This document shows positions 10,363 through 22,495 of a DNA stretch of 64,000 nt, piece after piece. Position numbers and translations under genes: made by a program. Below the pieces are notes generated by a model. The model worked only from the letters and a program-made list of their open reading frames with translations. It made no database searches and was not told the origin of the DNA. Position 1 is the stretch's first letter. Each line of letters opens with the position of its first letter. The DNA is from a virus. Taxonomy: Duplodnaviria > Caudoviricetes. The DNA lies in the IMG/VR virus record IMGVR_UViG_3300028888_000002. The stretch is one strand, 5' to 3'.

Positions 10363-10391
10363 AATATAACAAATTACCGTGTAGCTGTCAA
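10363..10391 (-). promoter_or_regulatory. class-1 promoter
   Basis: aatata-N17-tgtcaa. Confidence 0.8.
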
Positions 10392-11372
10392 TAGTAAATC
10401 TTAAAATTTTTCAAAAATTATTCGTTGCGGTAATAGTGCAGGGCTAACCTCGCTTGCAGCATTCGTCGGGAAAGTTTAAGGCACATTCAAACACGCTGTT
10501 CGTCACGGGCTGAAAGTGCTTGCAATTACGGCACTTGTCTTTCGGGATATACTTGACGGTAGCCTGGGCTTTGATTTCACGGGGTTCAAACATATTACAC
10601 CTCTTGAAGTCTAGGACCAATGCGGGTGTCAGCACCCTCGGTGACACGGTAAGGGATTTCCAGGGCTGCTGCAACCTTGTTCACGATTTCAGCGTCATAT
10701 CGCCAGGTTGTCCCGAACGTGCTGTGGTCCGCAATCGTTTGAAGTTTGTAGATACACTTTTCTGCCAACAGCTTTACTTCGGCACCCTTGATTTCACGAC
10801 GTTGGCTTTTAGACATAATACCCCCTGGGTTAAAGCGTAAAATCTAACTTGTTCTTTTCGTAGCATTCGTCGCATACACGGTAGGTGTAGGCACGACCAG
10901 GAAGCCTGCGGACCGATTCGGTTTTCAGTCGGCAATACATACAGGGCTTGCCCTTGCGGAAAAGGTTCTTGAAAAAGATTTTGATTTTGTTCATAGCGGT
11001 TTTTCCTTTTGTTGGTTAAGGTTGTATTTTTTGCAAATTGCTTTATACAGGCGAACGCCACAGTGGATAGTGAGCGTCCCCAGGTTGTCTTCAACGTAAA
11101 TCGCCCTGTTCCACCTGTGGAGTATTCCACGCTTGAAAATAACGGGGTTCGGGTCAGCCGTTATCTTCTTTGCCGTGTCCAGGTAGGGTTCCAGGTAATG
11201 CAATTCGTAATGTGTGCTAGACTGCGACACGGTAATAAATCCCTTGCCTACATAGCGGACCACTCCGCATATCGGGGCATACGTGTGGTCCGTGATATGG
11301 GCTTTATGGGCATACGTCATAATGTCGCTCATTTCGGGGATTCCTATATGTATAATCGTTTCTCGCAACATA

Positions 11373-11933
11373 TTACTTTAACGGTCTAAAAAATATCCCG
11401 CCTTCTTCGTTAGCAGAATCTATCAATTCCACGGGATAAATCCTGGGCTTTTCATTCGGGTCCGTAACCAGGCTCATAGCCAGGAATGCTTTTTCCCTTG
11501 CTTCAAGCAACGAACAGGTGAACACCGTGCAGTCTTCAATCTTTTGGAACGGGGACGGCTTCCATTTCTTGTCAGCGTCCAGGTAGCTGCTTTTCCCGTC
11601 GCATTCCTTTACAAGAATGAAACGACGATTCGGGGGTTCAATGTTCAACGGGGCGTTGATTACAACCGCAGGCAGGTCGTCCATAGGACCGTCGGCAAAC
11701 AAGATGGCTTGCTGCTTGTAGGTGCCGTCCGTAAAGTCCGCAGTAATCAAGTAGGTGTGCCAACCGATACGGCTGTCATCGCAGTAGAAACGGCATTTGA
11801 GCGTGTCAAGGTTGAACGTGTCTTCATACACGTTCTTGATATGGTCTTTGAGTTCTTGAAGCGACTTGACTTCTACCATACGCTCCATAGATTCGTGGAG
11901 CGTGAAAAAACTTCCCGCAGGGCGAATACGCAT
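11373..11933 (-). CDS. hypothetical protein
   Basis: ORF track, operon context. Confidence 0.75.
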   Translation of the reverse strand: MRIRPAGSFFTLHESMERMVEVKSLQELKDHIKNVYEDTFNLDTLKCRFYCDDSRIGWHTYLITADFTDGTYKQQAILFADGPMDDLPAVVINAPLNIEPPNRRFILVKECDGKSSYLDADKKWKPSPFQKIEDCTVFTCSLLEAREKAFLAMSLVTDPNEKPRIYPVELIDSANEEGGIFFRPLK

Positions 11934-12214
11934 TATTTCACCTCTTCTTTTAGATACATAATTGTCAACCCGCCAAATCGGGATTTGTCCGTAAGGTTTG
12001 CCCCAACTTGCCAGGGGATTTCAATACGGACAGCCTTAATGTCGTTGCCCTTATATTCCTTGCAATAGCTGTCAATGTCATTATTGATAAACGTATTGGC
12101 TGCTTCTTCGGTGGAATGCTCCGTGACCGTCCGTATGCAGGGATTTTCTACAAGAGCCTTGTATAAGGGTTTGTCAACCCTTTCGCAGCGTGTAACTCTA
12201 AACATATTGGACCC

Positions 12215-12550
12215 CTAGAAGTTGCGGACATACAGGTGGAACTTTTCGTCCTTGCCTTCAAACGTAAGCGTGAACTGCTTGTCGTCGTCACGCAGAAGCC
12301 TAATACGGATAGAATAGAACAGGTCTGTGACCTGTTCCCAGGTGTCACATACAAGAATTTCGTGGGGGTTGGCATAGTAGCCGTCAATGCTTACCTTGTT
12401 CGGTTCAAGGTTTCTAATCGCACTGCGGAGCTGTTCAAGAACAACATCTTTCCAGGGGCGTGTCGGGTCCGCAACGAATTGGAATTGAAGCGGGTTGTTG
12501 TTTTTGGTATTTTCCCAAACACCTGTGAACATTTTTACGGGAACGTGCAT
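12215..12550 (-). CDS. hypothetical protein
   Basis: First gene after the promoter at 12586; AACCGAGG RBS. Confidence 0.75.
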   Translation of the reverse strand: MHVPVKMFTGVWENTKNNNPLQFQFVADPTRPWKDVVLEQLRSAIRNLEPNKVSIDGYYANPHEILVCDTWEQVTDLFYSIRIRLLRDDDKQFTLTFEGKDEKFHLYVRNF

Positions 12551-12585
12551 TTGATTATCCTCGGTTGTGGTTTAACTTCACCCTA

Positions 12586-12614
12586 AATATAATAAAATAC
12601 CCGTGTGCTGTCAA
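12586..12614 (-). promoter_or_regulatory. class-1 promoter
   Basis: aatata-N17-tgtcaa with AAATACC/GGTATTT inverted repeat. Confidence 0.85.
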
Positions 12615-12645
12615 CAGGTATTTCAAAAATTTTTAATTTTTTATT

Positions 12646-12858
12646 TTAGGGTTCTGCGTCGTCAAAATGCCCGCAGCCTTTGATACGCTCCCCGCACATA
12701 GGGCAGAACTTGATAGCCACGCCTACCCAATCCCCGTTTTTGGTATAGACTGACAGGTAGTTGTCTTCGTCAATGAACGCTTCGTCCTTGCCGTTATCAT
12801 TAAACAGCGGGAACCGCTTTGCCTCTTCATTGGTTTCGTGGTCGCAATACTTACACAT
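12646..12858 (-). CDS. small Zn-ribbon protein (MCKYC...FCPMCG family)
   Basis: CxxC pairs at both ends; 8 family members in the window. Confidence 0.8.
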   Translation of the reverse strand: MCKYCDHETNEEAKRFPLFNDNGKDEAFIDEDNYLSVYTKNGDWVGVAIKFCPMCGERIKGCGHFDDAEP

Positions 12859-12861
12859 AGG

Positions 12862-13050
12862 CTAGAACTCCAACTTTTGTCCGCACATAGGGCAGAACTT
12901 GATTTTGATAGAGTGCAGGGCAAAATCCCAACCGTCCCTACGGACGGCAAGCCTGCCCGTGTTCATTAACCGAAACAGGTCGCTGCCATCACCGAAATCG
13001 GCTCCCGCCTGTAATCCGTCTTTATGGGTGGTCTTGCAATACTTACACAT
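12862..13050 (-). CDS. small Zn-ribbon protein (MCKYC...FCPMCG family)
   Basis: Start re-assigned to MCKYCK. Confidence 0.8.
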   Translation of the reverse strand: MCKYCKTTHKDGLQAGADFGDGSDLFRLMNTGRLAVRRDGWDFALHSIKIKFCPMCGQKLEF

Positions 13051-13648
13051 TGGTAGCCCCCAGGATTTCACGGAACTTCGCCACGGCTGCGTCGTTCAAG
13101 GTTTTGTATTTCATACACATAGCTTGCATTTTGGCGATAACGTCTTCTGCGGATATTTCGGTAAGTTCTGCAAAGAATGGGATTTCGGTAATCTTTTCGT
13201 TGGCGACACGCTTTGAAAGTTCTATGAACCCGCCCTTGATTTCCACGGACCACGGAGTTATTTCGGGAACCGTGTATGCACTGTCAGTTCCTACAAGTTT
13301 TCCCGACAATCCGAGAGAGTCGCCTTCCTTGCCTACTTCCTGGATTAGAACGTAATTGTCCCAGGGGTTGTCTTTTAGAACGAACGTCTTACCCACTAGG
13401 CATTTCTTGTAATGACCCAAAATGTCAAGGCACAGTTTTTCGGCATCCAGGTTCAAGGCTGTGCTTTCACCCAGGAACACTTCTAACTCTTTTAGCAGTG
13501 CGTCTTCGGCAGCGGTCCGCTTCTTAATCTGTTGGAGCCTGTTTAGAATGTTGGCACGTTGCACACGGTCGGGTTCGTAGATTCGTGTTTTAAGGTAATC
13601 GTGATAAACCTGGTAAGCCGTGATTAGCTCTTTTGGTGTTTCAATCAT
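13043..13648 (-). CDS. hypothetical protein
   Basis: ORF track. Confidence 0.75.
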   Translation of the reverse strand: MIETPKELITAYQVYHDYLKTRIYEPDRVQRANILNRLQQIKKRTAAEDALLKELEVFLGESTALNLDAEKLCLDILGHYKKCLVGKTFVLKDNPWDNYVLIQEVGKEGDSLGLSGKLVGTDSAYTVPEITPWSVEIKGGFIELSKRVANEKITEIPFFAELTEISAEDVIAKMQAMCMKYKTLNDAAVAKFREILGATNV

Positions 13649-14956
13649 AATCCTATCCTTGACTTTCTAATTGTAATATAGCACCAGGGCTTTTATTTTC
13701 AATTCGGGAGTTCGGGCAGTTCAAAAGAACTTCCAGGACGACAGCGAGCATTTCCTTTAAGTTTTCAAACGAATAGGTATGCTCCCACAGTGAGAACCCG
13801 ATACGGTATTTTTCCAGGCGTTCTTTCAGCGGTTCCGTGATAGGCTTCACTAGGGATAGGTCTTCTTTCCAATCGGGACCGTAGGAAAGTATTCGGCTAC
13901 CGTGGATTCCTTCTTTCGTTGCGGTGTTGATTGTCACCTTGCCGTTGTGTTCCACCAGGTCTTTTGCAAAGCAGGCTACCGTCCGCAGGTCACACAGGAA
14001 CCTGCCCGTGAACGGGTCCCCGTGCTGTAACAGACCGTCCAAACGTTGCTTCCGTTTATGCAGGGCAACTTCAACGTCGGTCATTACTCTTGTGGTTTCT
14101 TCGGTTATTTGCTGCATACGCTATTCCAGGTCAATTTTCTTGCAGGTGTATTCGTCGCCCGTCTTTTCGGGGTTCCAGGTGTAGCACAGAATAGAGAAGT
14201 GCGGACCGTCGTCAAGGACAAACGTAATGAACGCCACGAACTGTTCAAGTGCTTTCTGTTCATACAGCGAAATGCGTGTAGGGACTTCGGGGAACTGCTT
14301 TGCGATTTCGGCTTTGCAGTTTTTGGTCGTGGTGGACATCCATTCCTTGATAGTGTCGTAATTGAACTCTTTGGGGAGTTCCATTTCATAGGCAATCTTG
14401 ACGATTTCGGTAATAGCTTCAAATTTATTTTTCATTTTTCTGTTCCTTTGTTTCGGATTGTTTCTTTTGTAAAACGTAGTTTATGCACCTGCAAAGAATA
14501 GCCCCGCAGGTTTGGAAGGATTCAATGCTCTTGTCGTAATCCTGGACTTGATAGGCTGCGAACGCTTCTGCCATTTCACGCATAAGCATATTGTCGGCAC
14601 ATTCCAGGTCGGAGCGGGAAATCGCCCGTAAGGACATAAGCCACGACCCCGCCTTTTCGTTTGTGAAGTGCCTACACAGAACAGGCTTTTCTAGCAAATG
14701 CTGTTCTAGTTTTTTCTGTATTCCGTCCAAGCTACTTGTGTAATCCATTTTGAGCCTTCTTTTTCAGCAGAGTTTCTTCACGCTTGATATGCTTGCTAAT
14801 ATAGCTTAAAATATACTTGTTACATTCAAGTGCCCCGTCAAGCTGCGGGGCTTCCCAGGAACAGCAGCAACGTCGGTAGTTGTATAAATTCTGCCGTTGG
14901 TTATCCAGGGCTTTCTTGACAGTCTTCAAAGTTTTCAAGTCCATAGGTTGTCCCCG

Positions 14957-15544
14957 TTAGAAAAGTGGTTCGGTCCGTTCTTCAATGTATTCAACAGCCT
15001 GGATAATCAAGTCAAGCCAAACACGGATTCGCTTCAACCCCTTAATCTTTGCGTTAGGGTCTTTGATAGCCTTGTCCTTTGCGTAATAGGTGTCAACGGG
15101 TTCCTGGAACGGCTTGCCGATTTCGTTGGCGATAGCCTTGCAAGTGTCGTGCCACAGGCTGCTAGAATATACAGCTATGGTCCCAAGCGGACCCGCAGCG
15201 TCGCCCAGGACCTTTACTTCCGCTAGACCCCTTTGGGCAGGGTCGGAAATGTTAGTTTCAAAATATATAAACGCAGCGATTACAGCGTCCATCCAAACAC
15301 GGACCCGCTTCAATGAACGGACCTTAATGTTTTCGTCGTTAATGGCTGCGTCTTCCCTGTAATACTTGTCGGCAGCGGTGAGCAGCTTTTCGTTGTCGTA
15401 GTTGTTTACGCCATCGGAGTAGGCTTCCCACAGTTTAGGCGTAAGGACCATAAGGACCCCAAGCGGGTCCGCAACATTCTTGCCCGCAATCTTGTTCTCA
15501 ACGTCACCGCCCTCGTAAAAGCTATACTTTTTCTTCTGTTCCAT
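14957..15544 (-). CDS. hypothetical protein with internal domain duplication (start MEQKKK)
   Basis: Two copies of YY..D.AI.D.N.K...LKR.RVW.D..I.A. Confidence 0.7.
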   Translation of the reverse strand: MEQKKKYSFYEGGDVENKIAGKNVADPLGVLMVLTPKLWEAYSDGVNNYDNEKLLTAADKYYREDAAINDENIKVRSLKRVRVWMDAVIAAFIYFETNISDPAQRGLAEVKVLGDAAGPLGTIAVYSSSLWHDTCKAIANEIGKPFQEPVDTYYAKDKAIKDPNAKIKGLKRIRVWLDLIIQAVEYIEERTEPLF

Positions 15545-16010
15545 TTTCTTGTTCCTTTGGTTTATCCAGGCTATCAAGATACCAGGCATACCTCGCAGCG
15601 TAGTGCAGGATAATATCAAAATGCAGGGCGTAGTTCCTTGTCTTCTTTGCGAACCGCACACCCACGTATTGCCCGTTAATAAAGCTGTCGTATTCGTTAG
15701 GGGGCATACCCTTTGGTGCCAGGTCGTTACGGATTCCGTCCTTGCCAACGTAAATCTTGAACAGCGGATAGCCGTTTTCCACCTTGATTTCAAACAGCGG
15801 GTGCGACAACCAATAGACGACCGTGAAGCCGTCGTCACCGTCTTTTTCTGTAATGAACCGCAAGGCGTGACAGAAGCGGGCATAGTTTTCAAGGCACCAC
15901 TTTACAGACGACGCTTGCTTTACACCGTCGTAGCCTGCGAACTCATATCGCACACCGCAGTCGTGCGGGTTAATTTCGGGGAGGCTCTTTAAAATTTCAA
16001 TAACGCTCAT
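15522..16010 (-). CDS. hypothetical protein
   Basis: ORF track. Confidence 0.7.
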   Translation of the reverse strand: MSVIEILKSLPEINPHDCGVRYEFAGYDGVKQASSVKWCLENYARFCHALRFITEKDGDDGFTVVYWLSHPLFEIKVENGYPLFKIYVGKDGIRNDLAPKGMPPNEYDSFINGQYVGVRFAKKTRNYALHFDIILHYAARYAWYLDSLDKPKEQENGTEEKV

Positions 16011-17764
16011 AGTTTGTTCCTTAATTATACCACGCCAATTTTCTTAAAAAGGCACGGGCTTCTTCGGACGAATTAAAACAAAGTTTTCCGTGGCGTTTAG
16101 AATGCCACTCACCCGAACCGTCCTTGCTAATGCGGGTGTCCTTATAATGATGCCAAAACCTTTCCCACGTATGCTTATGCTGCGGATAGAATTTTCCACG
16201 CTTGTAGGCGATACGGTGAGAGTCGTTTACAGCCAGGAACCATTCGCCCATAATGAACTTGTAAAGCGACGAGCCAATACCCCAACAAATGATTCCGAAT
16301 AAAGTGACTAGGCAGCAAATGATTACAATTTCAATCATAGAATACCTTTATTTGATTTTGTGTTTCACGTAACATTCGGGGCACACGGTAACTTTGCGAA
16401 CGCATACCGTCCCCAATTCATAAATCCTGGCAACCGCCTTAATGGGGTGCTGCGTAGGCTTACGGCAGTTCACGCAGATATTTGACGAAAACAGACCCAT
16501 ATTACCCCTGGTTGTCCGTATAGGCTTTCAAGATTTGTTCCAGGTAGTCCATATTTTCAAGGCACAGGTCTTCGGCACGTTTCAGTTTATCGCAAAATTC
16601 CTTTATGCTCCAATGGCTATTAGGGTGTTTAGCCAAATAGAACAGAACATTGAAATAGCGACAAATGTTCCGACGTGCGGACCATAACGCCCGCTTACGA
16701 ATAAGTGCGTTAATGTCAGCTATTCCCTTACTTTCGGACAACAGGTTATAGCGGTTCTTCCACTGTGCAAGTTCCTTTTTAGTCCCGTCCTGCTGTTGTT
16801 CCATTTGCGAAATGAGCAGGTCCACATCGTCCTTGTAATAGAACACCGTAGGTTCTTCCCAGGTCTTTTCTTTTTCATTCACGACGCAAATTCGTCTTGT
16901 CCGTAAGTCAGCCTTATTCATTGGTTGCCCCGCTTTGCACTATTAAGGTCATATTCCATTTTGGATATGATAGCTTTGAGTTTATTGTTTTCGTTACGCA
17001 GCTTTATATTTGCCCGTAACTCTTTGTTGAATTTGACCCGATACTTTTCAAGGTTCCCAAGCAGCGACTTGCTTTGCTGTTCGGAAAATTCCAGGGCTGC
17101 TGCCCATTCCTTTTCGGTCATAGGTCTATTCAGCTTCAGTGTCTTTATCTTTCTTTTCATCTTCTACCGTGTCTTCGGGGAATGCGTCAAACAGTTCGTT
17201 GGCGAGCCTGTCGGCTATCGTGATATTTTCAATGACCGTCGCAGTTTGCATAGGGTCGTCACAAATACAATTCTTGCACAGTCTAGCAGCACTTCTCAAA
17301 TCCCACAGCTTGTTAAACAAGTCCTTCGGACGCATATCCATTTGTGCGTCGTAGGTGGGCTTGCTGACAGTGCAGACGGGGGTTTCTTGCCGTGCGTATG
17401 CGTCGTCAATTTCGTAAATCGTGTAATGTGTAGAATAGGGTCTTTCCGTATGGCAATCCCCATACTGCAACCATTCGGGATGGAACGGCTTTTCCCAATC
17501 TTTTGCAAAGGCTTCAACGGCTTCCTTTGTCTTGAACCCTTCAACCTTTTGGGTCGTAATACCGCAAGACTTATAAATAACAGTGAGAATTACTCCGAAC
17601 ATATTAAATCCTCGGCATACGCTTCACACGCTTTACTTTGAGAAGTCCCAAACGCTTCTTTGCTTCGCAGCGTTCACACAGCGGGTGATATTCGTTTGCA
17701 TAGAACGACTCCCCGCAGTTCATACAGTCATACCAATTATCTTCGCCATTGAGCCAAGCCATAG

Positions 17765-17962
17765 CTATTTACCTCTTGAAAGTTTATCGCCACACAACGG
17801 GCAGAATTTGAATTTGAAAACCGCCATACGGTCCACGAACTGCGGGTCGCCCTCGTTGTTAATTACATTAAAATAACCCTGGTCGTCAAGGATAGCATCA
17901 ATATCCTTGTCCTGGGACTTAATGGACGATTGCGTTTTGCACGGACAAAGTTTTTTAGTCAT
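17765..17962 (-). CDS. small Zn-ribbon protein (FCPLCG)
   Basis: C-terminal KFKFCPLCG. Confidence 0.7.
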   Translation of the reverse strand: MTKKLCPCKTQSSIKSQDKDIDAILDDQGYFNVINNEGDPQFVDRMAVFKFKFCPLCGDKLSRGK

Positions 17963-20034
17963 ACGTTACTTACCCCAATTTTCGCCAATATACTTCTTTA
18001 CCATATTCTTGTCGTAGTGGTCGGAACCCGTGCAGATACATTCAAATTTGCAACGGCAGCAATAGTGCCAATCGCCACGGTAGGGACAATTTTTCATAGT
18101 TTCGTAGTCGTCGGCAAGTTTGTGCGGGTGCGAGTCCCTTTGCTGCTTTTTAGACAGCAGGTCTTTCAATTTAGCCGTCACGCTCAAAGCAGCCCAATTC
18201 TGTTCGGGCAGGGACTTTATAATTTCCTGGGCTTCGTCCACGGTCAGTTCCACGCAGATAATGTCTTGACGTTGCTGCATAGGCTATTCCTTTCCGTCCA
18301 AAATCTTGCTTACCTTAAAGTCAATAGCAAGGATTAAATTCAAGCCTACACCCGATTGCAGGGGGCTGAGGTGGCAAATGCCGTAGAACAGGTCGGAATG
18401 GTTCCACCCAAGCGATTCCCGTTTGGTCTTGATGGCTTCTACCAAGTGTTTGGCGATGTCGTCCACGTCCTGTTCGGTAGGTTCATTGTCAATGCTATAT
18501 GGCAAGGTGTAGGCTACGTCGCAGGTCTTTTCGTTCCGCAATTCAAAAAAGAAAATATGGGGATTGTTGAGGGGGTGGTTGTATCGGTTCATAAGGGTGT
18601 TCCTTATAGTTCGTGGTTACTTGCCGATTTCTACACAGTGAAATCTATGTGACAAATCTACCTGCCACACGTTGCCTTCAGCCCTAAAATCCTTGACACG
18701 GTTTTGAGCGACGAAAGAATGACCTGCTTCAATACAAGCCTTTTCGGTCTTGAAATAGTGAATGACCGTAGAGGTCACAGGGGAGTTAGGCGTAATCTTG
18801 CCGTTGGCTCCCAATAAAGTAAACAATACTAAAACCCACATAATTATTTCCTGTTAAAAAGTATGATTAAACTAATGACTACCGCAAGAAGGGCACAGGC
18901 TAGGTTATGCGACACAATCCCGACGGTTAGGGCTGTCGCCATAGCCACAAGCGTAGCTGCAACTTGCACACGCCTTGCGGTCCACCAGGATTCCTTGACT
19001 TCCCGTTTCGGTGCTTCGTGGAACAATCCGTTCTTCATAGCACAACCCAGGCAAACGCTACGGGGCTTACCGCTTGCGAACGTTTCACCGCAAATAACGC
19101 ATTTACGGGTTTTGTTGTAGTTTGGGAACTTGCGGTCAAATTCCGCTTTAAGTTTCTTTTCGTCTAAATTCCAACCGTCCATTATTTCTTACGCTCCCAA
19201 TGGTTTGGGGACACTTCTTCATATCCCCAAGATTCAAAAAGTTTTCTAGCATCTTCTGTGACGGCAACAGAAATAAATCCTGTTACGGGTCTTTTGCGTT
19301 GTATCATCTTGGAAGCCTCTATAATGGTTTCTTTGATACTTTTCTTGCTAGGTTCGGCAATACCTTTGCCGTTGTTAAGTTTTTCTTCTGCGAAACTCAT
19401 TGTTTTTCCCATCGGTCCTTTGCTACTTCAACGTAGCCATTTTCACGGAGCATTTCTTCGGCACGTTCCTTGTCCTGCTCACTGTGACAAAAGATAGTTC
19501 CACGGTTAATATCTACGGGACCCTGGTTCACTTTTACAAGCGTATCGTGCATATCCCGCATAGCCCCGATAATCTGTTCAACGGTGGGTTCAGTCCAACT
19601 TGTCGGGGTAGCGGGCTTCACCAATTTCTTTTTTGAGTTTGAGGTATTCATTCCACTTCTTTTCCATTTCGGGACTGCACCATTCGTTATACGGGACAAT
19701 CCTGTAAGTCACCTTGCGTTCCACAACCGTAAACGGGCACTTGTCAGTGGTTTCAGTCTGCGAGCGGGTCTGCGTGAACACGTCCTGCAAAGTAAGGCAG
19801 GTCCACATAGTCGGGGCATTGGGGTCGCTCCCGAACTTTACACGGTAGTCAATATCGGGTTTCTTGTATTCAACCTTTTCCGAAGCGGGGCGGTCAATGG
19901 TAAACGATTCAAGCAACTTTACAAGGTCTTTCTTGAAGACGTTTACGCAGCTTCCCGTGAAGTAGGTTCCCCCGTCTTCACGCTTATAGGAAAGTTTCTT
20001 TGTCTTCGGGCTGTGCGTAAGCTGTTTAAGCAGT

Positions 20035-20748
20035 TTAAGGATTTGTTCCTTTTCGGTCGTTCTCATTTGAGTTTTCCTCACGGGCTTTTATAGTTACGTG
20101 GCTGTTTACGATTTCTTCCAAAACAAACTTCAAGTATTTATAGTTTTCGTTCGTTACGTCTTCCCAGGCTACGGGCGTAGTGAAGCACACGACACCAGGC
20201 TTTACGCTAGTAGGCAAGAACAGGTAATCCACCGTTGCAATATAGTAGCGGGCATCCCCGATTTCCGACCATTTACCGATAGAAAGGACTTCTTTCTTGC
20301 TGTCATAGATAACGTTAATCCCCTTGACCTGTTGGTTAAGAAGTCGCCATACACGGGTAATGCTCCACGTTCTGTCATTGAGTTCGTCATAGACACCCGT
20401 AGCAATTTTCTTGATTTGGCTACAAAACAGTGCGTAGTTACTGCACGGGTTCGGTATCGCCAAAATGGTCCCGTCGTCAAGCGGGACAGAATAGGTCCCA
20501 ACGTCTTCGGGGTGGAATGTCATATCCTCAATCGGGAGCTGTTCATACCAGGACGAAAGACGCTTACCGCACATAGGGCAGAAGTGAATCCCTAGTTGGA
20601 GCGGTTCGCTTTCGTCGTAATTCACACGCATAACGGGTTTGCCCGTGTTTTCGTTCACACCGATTTCCACAAGCGACGCACCGCCCAGGGAATTTCTAGC
20701 CAACGGCTTGAACAATCCGTTATCGTTCTTTTCACAATACTTGCACAT
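20035..20748 (-). CDS. MCKYC...FCPMCG Zn-ribbon domain fused to unknown domain
   Basis: N-terminal family motif; preceded by class-2 motif at 20778. Confidence 0.8.
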   Translation of the reverse strand: MCKYCEKNDNGLFKPLARNSLGGASLVEIGVNENTGKPVMRVNYDESEPLQLGIHFCPMCGKRLSSWYEQLPIEDMTFHPEDVGTYSVPLDDGTILAIPNPCSNYALFCSQIKKIATGVYDELNDRTWSITRVWRLLNQQVKGINVIYDSKKEVLSIGKWSEIGDARYYIATVDYLFLPTSVKPGVVCFTTPVAWEDVTNENYKYLKFVLEEIVNSHVTIKAREENSNENDRKGTNP

Positions 20749-21949
20749 CGTAAAATCCTTTAATGGGTCCTATGTTAGATATAGCACAACAACGACAATT
20801 AGATAGAATGCGAACACCACCAATCCTGGGTGATTTCGCCCTTTTCGGGAATGTCCGACAGTTTCACAACGTAGTCGTCCAGGGGTGCCGTGCCGTCCGA
20901 ATTGTTTACAGTTACGACGGCACACAGCCCGTCGGCAGGGTAATACCCCACTGACACTTCCCCGAAGCTAATGCGTGGTTGTAGCTTCTGTTCTACCTGC
21001 CCGCATTCGCCCTGGAATTTCAGCAGTGCTTTATTTAGCTTCGGGTGCTTCATAGCTTATTCACGGATTCCACCCACTTTTCGTAGGCTTGAACCGCCTT
21101 GTCCTTTTGGCGTTTAAGGTGGTCTGTGGCTTCGTCTATCACGTCGGCAGGCATTCTATTGCCTGGGACAAAAGAAAGCCCCTGGTAACGCCTGGTGGCA
21201 CAGAAAGACGAGAAATACTCAACCGTGGGCGGGTTCTTTTTGACCTTGCCCATATATTCGTGAAATTCCAGGCACTTGATTGCCACGTCGTAATCCAACA
21301 TAATGTTGTCGTTCTGTTGGTAAGCCTTGAACACACGCATATAAATGGTTTCACAGGACGTTCCGTCGTAACCGTAGCCGTGGCTAGTGGACTCCGTGAA
21401 TTTAAGGACCACGGGGTTATGCTCCGAAACGGTCCGCATAAGGTCTGCAAGTTCAAGCAATTCCATAGGTAGCCCCCATTAGCACTTGAAGCCGTGGCTT
21501 CTCAAAATACCGTAATAGTGTTCGGCAAGTTCCAACCATTTCTTGTGGTGCCTTACATAGTTGGTATGTTCCTTGAAAAGTTCGGCTTTCTTTTCATTGT
21601 TGGATTCCATAAGGTATTTGCCGAAAGCGTCGTCGCTGATACGCTTCGCTTCCTTTGCTTTGAGCAAGCAGCGTTTGGCGTTGGAGCGGTGCGAAACGTC
21701 CTGGGCATAATACATTTCGTATTTGTAGTGCTTGACGGTTTCTTCCACGCAGTCTGCATAGGCGTTCATACCAACTTCAAAAGCGGAACGCATACCATCA
21801 AGCATAATGCCCGTGAGTTTCTTCCAGGCACTTTCGGTTACAGAAATCCCCAAGCTAGTCAAAGCACCATACAGCCTCCCGCAAACTTTCGTGTAGGGGG
21901 CTTCCATCCTATTTACGGCATTCTTTACAATTTCGTTGCGGTCCATAGT

Positions 21950-22495
21950 CTATACCTTGTTGTAATGTTCCCAAATATCACGGGCGAAATCCACCCACTT
22001 GTTGTAGGTCATTGACTTCGGGGCATACGGTTTATACAGGGTTTCAAAAAACGGTTCCCAACCCTTTTTAGCTATTACACGGACTGCCGACGAAGACAGG
22101 TCACGCAGGGGTGCAGGACTAGGGATAAAGATTGTCGGGTATTCACCGTGGGAAATGTTATAGTTGTAGCCCGCCATAGGCATTTCCACGTCCAGGTCTA
22201 TTGCGGAGCGAACGCCTCGGATTAGAACGATACGGTCCGCAACGTCGGTCATAGCCATAAGTTCGTCGCAGTAGTCACAGATAAACCCGCCCGTGTGTTC
22301 GGGCTTAATCCAGGTTGCGTCCTGGACCCATTGGGCACGTTTTTCTTTGGGGACGCTGTATTCCTTCTGCGGGTTGTCCGCTAAAACGATTTGAACCATA
22401 TCGTCGCCAAAGATATGCTTTGCCGTTTCAATGACTGCGATATGCCCTGCGTGAATAGGGTTGAAACTTCCTGCATAGATAGCTAGTGTGTTCAC
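21950..22495 (-). CDS. coaD: phosphopantetheine adenylyltransferase-like (HxGH nucleotidyltransferase)
   Basis: AIYAGSFNPIHAGH, LIRGVRS..D...E, LSSSAVR motifs. Confidence 0.85.
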   Translation of the reverse strand: MNTLAIYAGSFNPIHAGHIAVIETAKHIFGDDMVQIVLADNPQKEYSVPKEKRAQWVQDATWIKPEHTGGFICDYCDELMAMTDVADRIVLIRGVRSAIDLDVEMPMAGYNYNISHGEYPTIFIPSPAPLRDLSSSAVRVIAKKGWEPFFETLYKPYAPKSMTYNKWVDFARDIWEHYNKV

